Below are positions 35,234-40,248 of a stretch of DNA of 40,248 bases, one piece after another. The DNA lies in assembly GCA_045643765.1 (NCBI GenBank), contig JAZRFS010000033.1, positions 1-40,248 on the forward strand, read 5' to 3'. The notes below the pieces were generated by a model. It saw nothing but the letters and a program-made list of their open reading frames with translations. It did no database searches and was not told the origin of the DNA. The number at the start of each line of letters is the position of its first letter. Position 1 is the stretch's first letter. The translations under genes were made by a program, and so were the position numbers. Source of the stretch: Eubacteriales bacterium. Its GTDB lineage: Bacteria; Bacillota; Clostridia; Oscillospirales; CAG-272.

Positions 35234-36208
35234 ATGGTACTTTCTAACGAACAGCTTCGCACCGCCATCACGGGCGCGGTAGAGATCATTGAGCAAAACG
35301 GCATTCTTGCCCCCTTGCGCTTCGGCAAACATATCCGCGAGAACGTCTACCCCACGGGCAACCGCTTCCACGAAAAAATGACGCAGTCCGCGGGCGTCGT
35401 CTGTCGCTTTACCACCAACTCCAAAATGCTTGCCTTCACCTATACGGTAGAAGCCATCGGTGCCTGGCAGAGCTTTGACGTGTGGGTAAACGGCGTATTC
35501 CTTTCGCACACCGCGTGCAGCACGCTCACAGGGCGCGTTGAGCTGGCACTGCCTTACGAGCAGTCCCGCGTAGAGATCTACTTCCCCTCGCACCGCGAAG
35601 GCCGCATTTTTGACGTCACGCTGGATGACGGGGCTGATTTTTCCGCACCCAAGGCACCCAAGTACCGCATTTTGTTCAAGGGAGATTCCATCACGCACGG
35701 CTCCACCTCGAGCTTTTGCTCGATGGCTTACTCTCATCAACTGGCGCGCGCACTTGACGCGCACATCGTCAATCAGGGCATCGGCGGTGAGGAGTTCAAC
35801 CCTGCCGCAGTGGATACCGAGCTTGCCGAGGAGATCGATCTGATCGTCGTGGCGTTTGGCACGAACGACTGGTCGCACGCGCCCTCCCATTCCCACATGG
35901 TCGGCGCTGTCAACGGCTTCCTTGCCGCCTTGCGCGATTTCTATCCCACAAAAAAGATCGCCATGATCCTGCCGATCTGGCGCGCGGATCATACGCTGAT
36001 GAACAAGCCCACGGGCAGCTTTGAGGAGATGCGCAACGTTCTTTGCACAGCGGCGGCGCGCTTCGATGCAACCGTCATTGACGGCCTCACGCTTGTCCCC
36101 CACCTCATCGACGTCTTTGCCGACAAGAGATTGCACCCCGATGAATTCGGCTTCCAATTCTATGCGGAAAATCTGCTTCCCCACCTTAAGAAGCTTTTGG
36201 AGGAATGA
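35234..36208 (+). CDS. SGNH/GDSL hydrolase with an N-terminal beta-sandwich domain, paralogue 2
   Basis: 3-nt gap after paralogue 1. SGNH blocks: KGDSITHG, GIGGE, FGTNDW and RLHPDEFG. No signal peptide. Confidence 0.8.
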   Translation: MVLSNEQLRTAITGAVEIIEQNGILAPLRFGKHIRENVYPTGNRFHEKMTQSAGVVCRFTTNSKMLAFTYTVEAIGAWQSFDVWVNGVFLSHTACSTLTGRVELALPYEQSRVEIYFPSHREGRIFDVTLDDGADFSAPKAPKYRILFKGDSITHGSTSSFCSMAYSHQLARALDAHIVNQGIGGEEFNPAAVDTELAEEIDLIVVAFGTNDWSHAPSHSHMVGAVNGFLAALRDFYPTKKIAMILPIWRADHTLMNKPTGSFEEMRNVLCTAAARFDATVIDGLTLVPHLIDVFADKRLHPDEFGFQFYAENLLPHLKKLLEE

Positions 36209-36786
36209 TGGAAAACAAAAGCAAATACGGAAATATGATCGACCTTTTGCAGCTGCAAAAGCAATTTATCCTTGCTCATCTGCGCGAGGGTGACACCGCC
36301 GTGGACTTCACGATGGGCAACGGACACGATACCGAATTTCTCTCTAAAACGGTGGGAGAAAACGGACACGTGTACGCCTTTGACGTACAACAGCAGGCCG
36401 TGGACTCTACTGCGGCAAACCTCAAAAAGGCGGGGTGTCCCGAAAACTATACGCTGATTTTGGACTCTCACCACAAGGTGAAGGAATACGTACAGGGCCC
36501 CATTCGTGCAGGAATGTTCAATCTGGGTTATCTGCCGGGCTCGGACAAGAGCATCACCACAATGCGCGTCACTACGATGCCCGCGATTGAAGCCGCCATT
36601 GATCTGCTTGACCACGGCGGTGTGCTGCTGGTCGCGGTCTATCCCGGCCACGCCGAAGGAGATGCCGAGGGCAAGATGGTGCTGGATTACTTTGCGACGC
36701 TTGACCGCCACGTGATCTGCTGCACGCTTATTCGCATCCTCAATTCCCCCACCTCGCCCTTTTTCATCGTGATTGAAAAGAAATAA
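36205..36786 (+). CDS. mnmM: YtqB/MnmM-like class I SAM-dependent methyltransferase (tRNA mnm5s2U34 methyltransferase family)
   Basis: ATGA overlap with the upstream gene. VDFTMGNGHDTEFLSKTVGENGHVYAFDVQ, MFNLGYLPGSDKSITT and PFFIVIEKK are nearly collinear with B. subtilis YtqB as I recall it. Confidence 0.7.
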   Translation: MMENKSKYGNMIDLLQLQKQFILAHLREGDTAVDFTMGNGHDTEFLSKTVGENGHVYAFDVQQQAVDSTAANLKKAGCPENYTLILDSHHKVKEYVQGPIRAGMFNLGYLPGSDKSITTMRVTTMPAIEAAIDLLDHGGVLLVAVYPGHAEGDAEGKMVLDYFATLDRHVICCTLIRILNSPTSPFFIVIEKK

Positions 36787-36801
36787 GTGCCGCAACGGTA
36801 C
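36786..36801 (+). repeat. Copy of the 16-nt motif (AGTGCCGCAACGGTAC)
   Basis: It starts on the last A of the TAA stop at 36784-36786 and ends 21 nt before the CE7 start codon. Confidence 0.75.
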
Positions 36802-36822
36802 GAAAATAAAGGAGATACCGCT

Positions 36823-37782
36823 ATGCCATTGGTTGATATGTCGGTTGAAAAGCTGAAGCTTTACGAGGGCAGAAACCCCCGTCCTGCCGATTTTGATGAA
36901 TTCTGGGACCGCTCGCTTGCCGAGATGAACGCCATCGATCCCGAGGCCACCTTCACCCCCGTTCCCTTTCCCTCCAACACAATGGAGTGCTTCGATCTGC
37001 ACTTCACCTCCACGAAAGGTGCACGCATCTACGCCAAGTTCGCCCGTCCCAAGCACTTTGAGGGAAAAATTCCCACCGTTCTGCGCTTCCACGGGCTTTC
37101 CGGAAACAGTAGCTGCTGGTCGGATCTTCTCAAATACGTATCCCAGGGCTACGCGATCGCTTCGCTTGACAGCCGCGGTCAGGGCGGGCTTTCCGAGGAC
37201 GTGGGCGGTGTTGCGGGCACAACTTATACAACACCCTTTATACGCGGTTTGGACGGTACGCCCGATGGGCTCTTGGTCCGTGACCTCTTCCTTGACACGG
37301 CAATGCTTGCCCGTGTCGTGATGGGGCTTGACTACGTGGACGAGAAGCGCATCGGTGTGTTCGGCGGCTCGCAAGGCGGTGCACTTTCCATCGCGTGCGC
37401 GGCACTGGTGCCCGAGATCAAGCTCTGCGCTACCAATTTCCCCTACTACGCCGACTACAAGCGCGTATGGGAAATGGATCTTGCCAAGGGCGCTTATGAG
37501 GGGCTCAAATACTACTTCCGTTGGTTTGATCCCGCGCACGAGCGCGAGGACGAGATCTTCGAGAAGCTGGGTTACATTGACATTCAGTTCCTCGCGCCCC
37601 GTATCCGCGCAAAGGTGATGATGGCAACGTGCCTGATGGACACGACCTGTCCGCCCTCGACACAGTTTGCCGCCTACAACAAGATGACGTGCGAAAAATC
37701 CGTGGTCTTCTACCCCGATTACGCGCATGAAGAGCCCCTTGTCCATAAGGATCGCATTTTCGCGTTCCTTGCAGAGCTATAA
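36823..37782 (+). CDS. CE7 acetyl xylan esterase / cephalosporin-C deacetylase family
   Basis: The ATG at 36823 lies 8 nt after AAGGAG. The CE7 signatures RGQGG, GGSQGG and YAHE are present. No signal peptide. Confidence 0.9.
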   Translation: MPLVDMSVEKLKLYEGRNPRPADFDEFWDRSLAEMNAIDPEATFTPVPFPSNTMECFDLHFTSTKGARIYAKFARPKHFEGKIPTVLRFHGLSGNSSCWSDLLKYVSQGYAIASLDSRGQGGLSEDVGGVAGTTYTTPFIRGLDGTPDGLLVRDLFLDTAMLARVVMGLDYVDEKRIGVFGGSQGGALSIACAALVPEIKLCATNFPYYADYKRVWEMDLAKGAYEGLKYYFRWFDPAHEREDEIFEKLGYIDIQFLAPRIRAKVMMATCLMDTTCPPSTQFAAYNKMTCEKSVVFYPDYAHEEPLVHKDRIFAFLAEL

Positions 37783-37783
37783 T

Positions 37784-37820
37784 AAAAAAAGCCGCACACG
37801 TGTGCGGCTTTTTCTTTTTT
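37784..37820. terminator. Bidirectional terminator between the convergent esterase operons
   Basis: AAAAAAAGCCGCAC-ACGT-GTGCGGCTTTTTCTTTTTT. Confidence 0.85.
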
Positions 37821-38538
37821 ACAGCTTCAAAACGGCTTCCGTGAGGCGGCGTCCCAGCTCCCACTCGCATTCGGGTGTGTAGTGCCAGCCATCGAACATT
37901 TCCTCAATATCCGTGGTGGGAACGAATACTGCGCGCGCAAGCTCGGCGGCAACCTTTTTCTGTGCCGCGATCACCGTGGCGCGGTGCGGCATTCTCTCGC
38001 TGAACTCATGCACCGAGCCGATGACTACGGGCAGATCAGCAACCGTTTCGGCGCGGATATTTTCCACAAATGCGCGCAGATTTTGCTCGTACTCGACGGC
38101 GGTGTGCTCCTTGATGGCATCACTGCACCCCTGCTGCCACAAAAGCCCACGGAATACAGGCTCCAGCCCTTTTGCACGCAGATCGCGCACGGCGGTATGT
38201 AGCGTGTCAATAAGGGCATTGTAATCCTCTGCCGAGCGCACCTTGTTCCATCTGTCGTAGAGCGCCGTGCCGTCCGAGGCGTACTTGATGATGACCCACT
38301 TCTCGCCGCGTGCGGTAAGCACGTGGGCGGCGGGCAGCTCCAAGCCGAAGCGATCCGGCTTATGCCCAAGGCCCGGGCGCACCTTTTGCCACACACCGTT
38401 GTTCTCGTTTTCCGTGTTTGTGTTAAAATAGATCTCTACGTCATAGGTTTTCTGCTTCTCGGCGGGCAGCTCCGCGAAATGAGAAATACCCAGCGCATTG
38501 GATTGCCCTGCAATCAGCAGCACGTTGATCTTATCCAT
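37819..38538 (-). CDS. GQSN-motif SGNH-like esterase (DUF303 / sialate O-acetylesterase-like, CE6-like)
   Basis: Start at MDKINVLL (GGGGGA RBS). IAGQSNALG and LWQQGCSD blocks are present. No signal peptide. Confidence 0.8.
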   Translation of the reverse strand: MDKINVLLIAGQSNALGISHFAELPAEKQKTYDVEIYFNTNTENENNGVWQKVRPGLGHKPDRFGLELPAAHVLTARGEKWVIIKYASDGTALYDRWNKVRSAEDYNALIDTLHTAVRDLRAKGLEPVFRGLLWQQGCSDAIKEHTAVEYEQNLRAFVENIRAETVADLPVVIGSVHEFSERMPHRATVIAAQKKVAAELARAVFVPTTDIEEMFDGWHYTPECEWELGRRLTEAVLKL

Positions 38539-38560
38539 CGTCAAATCCCCCTTTAAATCA

Positions 38561-38576
38561 ATACCGTTTCGGCACT
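38561..38576 (-). repeat. Copy of the 16-nt motif (minus strand: AGTGCCGAAACGGTAT)
   Basis: It starts on the last A of the thioesterase TAA stop and ends about 22 nt before the next start codon. Confidence 0.8.
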
Positions 38577-38968
38577 TATCCAAGCTTAAAGCCGTTCATT
38601 GTGACCTCCGCCACACCGTTGCCCAGCTCGTCCTTGACCTCTACGCGGTAGCAGCAAGTGCTGCGCCCCTCCTTGACGCAATTTGCCTCGGCAATCAGCA
38701 TTTCCCCCTTGGGCACACCCAAAAAGGTGATGGAGGAGGAGAGCGTGACCGTGTTCATTTTACTGTGATTGGCTGCCACGGCAAAGGCGAAGTCCGCCAG
38801 CATAAAGGATACGCCCCCCATCACGCCGCCCGCGGCGTTACAATGGCGCTCGTCAAGCGTAAGCGTGCATCTGGCATATCCTGTGTCAAACGCCTCGATC
38901 ACCGCGCCGTTGCGAAGCGCGAAGCGATCCTCGGCAAAGATATTTTTCACTTCTTCTAAGGTTTTCAT
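38576..38968 (-). CDS. PaaI-family hotdog-fold thioesterase
   Basis: 130 aa. The HCNAAGGVMGGVSFMLADFAF block is typical of PaaI/YbdB proteins. Confidence 0.85.
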   Translation of the reverse strand: MKTLEEVKNIFAEDRFALRNGAVIEAFDTGYARCTLTLDERHCNAAGGVMGGVSFMLADFAFAVAANHSKMNTVTLSSSITFLGVPKGEMLIAEANCVKEGRSTCCYRVEVKDELGNGVAEVTMNGFKLG

Positions 38969-38994
38969 AATTTACTCCAACTTTTAAAAGACTT

Positions 38995-39010
38995 ATACCG
39001 TTACGGCACT
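38995..39010 (-). repeat. Copy of the 16-nt motif (minus strand: AGTGCCGTAACGGTAT)
   Basis: It lies in the spacer between the Isf-like gene and the thioesterase gene and ends 26 nt before the thioesterase start codon. Confidence 0.75.
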
Positions 39011-39055
39011 ATTTCGATTAGAATATCACGGCAAACAGATTTTGATGCAAAGGCG

Positions 39056-39592
39056 TCAGCAGTTTCTGCCCCACTCAAATGCCGTTTCCATCAAATCCTC
39101 TTTGCACTTGATCTCACCGCGCTTGCCAACGCCGCCGGCAATCAGGCAACCCTTTTCCTCGCAATTTTCAAAGCAATCGCGCGTACAGCCGCGGATCGCC
39201 TCGGCGGTCTGCTCCAGAAGCGGCAGATCCTCGTCCGCTGCCGTGATGATCATATAAATGTCGGCGTGCACGTCGCGGTAGATGTAAAACAGTCGGTCGA
39301 TGAAGGTCTTGAGCTGCGCACACATTGAATAGAAGTACACGGGTGTGGCTAAAACCAGCACGTCCGCCTTTTTCATCTTTTCCAAAAGCGGCAGCATGTC
39401 GTCATCCTGCGCGCATTTGCCTCTCTTACGGCAGACGTAGCAGCCCTTACAATAATTGATATTCTTCTCGCGAAGACAAACGATCTCGGCGTTGTGTCCC
39501 GCCTCGATCGCACCCTCGTAAAACTCGTTGCAAAGCGTTTCGGAATTGCCCCCTCTGCGGGGGCTGGAGGAAATGATCAATACGTTTTTCAT
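39056..39592 (-). CDS. Iron-sulfur flavoprotein (Isf-like NADPH-dependent FMN reductase fold)
   Basis: Start at MKNVLIISSSPRRGGNS (AAAGGAGAG RBS). It carries the compact cysteine motif CKGCYVCRKRGKC (Cx2Cx2Cx5C). Confidence 0.8.
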   Translation of the reverse strand: MKNVLIISSSPRRGGNSETLCNEFYEGAIEAGHNAEIVCLREKNINYCKGCYVCRKRGKCAQDDDMLPLLEKMKKADVLVLATPVYFYSMCAQLKTFIDRLFYIYRDVHADIYMIITAADEDLPLLEQTAEAIRGCTRDCFENCEEKGCLIAGGVGKRGEIKCKEDLMETAFEWGRNC

Positions 39593-39620
39593 TTCTTCTC
39601 TCCTTTCATTTATTGCCCTT

Positions 39621-39649
39621 ATTGTATCACGAAAAGTCCCGCTTTGCAA
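39621..39649 (-). promoter_or_regulatory. Promoter of the Isf-thioesterase-esterase operon
   Basis: On the minus strand: TTGCAA, a 17-nt spacer, then TACAAT. Confidence 0.6.
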
Positions 39650-39676
39650 GGTAATTCACGATATTTTCCTACCCTC

Positions 39677-39705
39677 TTGCATTTTTTTGCGAAATTTGGT
39701 AAAAT
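39677..39705 (+). promoter_or_regulatory. prfC promoter
   Basis: TTGCAT, a 17-nt spacer (TTTTTTGCGAAATTTGG), then TAAAAT, 36 nt upstream of the ATG at 39742. Confidence 0.6.
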
Positions 39706-39741
39706 AAATAGGATTGTTGATTTTATAAAAGGAAGATAACT

Positions 39742-40248
39742 ATGGACGAAAGAACAAGACAAGAAATAGAGCGTCGCCGCACGTTTGCGATCATCTCGCA
39801 CCCCGACGCCGGTAAAACGACTTTAACGGAAAAGCTCCTTTTGTACGGAGGCGCCATTCAATCCGCCGGCTCCGTAAAGGGCAAGCAAAGCGACAAGCAC
39901 GCCGTTTCCGACTGGATGGAGCTGGAAAAGCAGCGCGGTATCTCGGTCACCTCGTCGGTGATGCAGTTCCGTTACAACGGCTATTGCATCAACATTCTGG
40001 ACACCCCCGGGCACCAGGATTTCTCGGAGGATACCTACCGCACGCTGATGGCAGCAGACAGCGCCGTGATGGTGATCGACGCCGCTAAGGGCATCGAGCC
40101 GCAGACGCGAAAACTGTTCCACGTGTGCGCAAAACGCGGCATTCCGATCTTCACCTTTATCAATAAAATGGACCGCGAGGCACGCGATCCCTTCGACCTT
40201 CTGGACGAGCTGGAGCGCGAGTTCGGCATCGGCACCTACCCGATGAAC
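39742..40248 (+). CDS. prfC: Peptide chain release factor 3, N-terminal 169 aa (3' end outside the window)
   Basis: This ORF is absent from the track because it runs off the window edge. AAAGGAAG RBS. GTPase motifs: [13 protein letters not shown] (G1), DTPGHQDF (G3) and NKMD (G4). Confidence 0.93.
   Translation, partial: MDERTRQEIERRRTFAIISHPDAGKTTLTEKLLLYGGAIQSAGSVKGKQSDKHAVSDWMELEKQRGISVTSSVMQFRYNGYCINILDTPGHQDFSEDTYRTLMAADSAVMVIDAAKGIEPQTRKLFHVCAKRGIPIFTFINKMDREARDPFDLLDELEREFGIGTYPMN

Noticed and set aside
1-40248. Scanned for CRISPR arrays, tRNA or rRNA genes, IS elements, integrases, phage genes, toxin-antitoxin pairs and known defence-system signatures.
   Set aside because: None was recognised. 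There are no direct-repeat arrays, transposase or recombinase motifs, or cloverleaf-like sequences in the spacers. Composition looks uniform by eye. The window looks like core chromosome with one modest accessory block, the esterase cluster.

Overview
This is a gene-dense, GC-rich chromosomal segment. Gene content and synteny suggest a Firmicutes/Clostridia-type anaerobe; that assignment is inference, not verified. Nearly all of it is core housekeeping.

Gene order:
- aspS (5' partial), then gatC, a gatA-like gene and gatB.
- A DUF1295 membrane protein.
- nrdD-nrdG on the minus strand, with tandem NrdR boxes upstream.
- A translationally coupled Nudix-MFS-GDPD-EamA operon.
- A 765-aa metallo-beta-lactamase-fold fusion protein.
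- A lysine riboswitch followed by dapA-dapB on the minus strand.
- queA, a small membrane protein, and miaA.
- The distal division cluster: an HlyD-like protein, yggS, sepF, yggT, ylmH-like, ileS, lspA, rluD.
- Three HAD phosphatases, two of them tandem paralogues.
- DUF1934 (minus strand).
- A glycerol-1-phosphate-dehydrogenase-family gene followed by a DEDDh exonuclease.
- A DUF3267 HExxH membrane protein and a 55-aa ORF missing from the track.
- An accessory-looking block of cytoplasmic carbohydrate esterases. One operon runs DUF6062, two SGNH paralogues, an MnmM/YtqB-like methyltransferase and a CE7 esterase. A convergent operon runs an Isf-like flavoprotein, a PaaI thioesterase and a GQSN/DUF303 esterase.
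- prfC (3' partial).

I found no rRNA, tRNA, CRISPR array, transposase, integrase, prophage genes or recognisable defence genes. I cannot point to a convincing new multi-gene system.

The observations most worth a second look:
1. The GatA subunit in the gatCAB operon appears to have lost the whole Ser-cisSer-Lys glutaminase triad and its N-terminal ~70 residues, yet remains an intact, tightly packed ORF.
2. A 16-nt hairpin/palindrome motif (AGTGCCGNAACGGTAY) recurs five times. All copies are in the sense orientation of the local genes, and three start on the last base of a TAA stop codon.
3. The signal-peptide-less esterase cluster is led by a Cys-rich protein with an internal duplication.

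Coordinates of non-ORF features were counted by hand and may be off by 1-2 nt.
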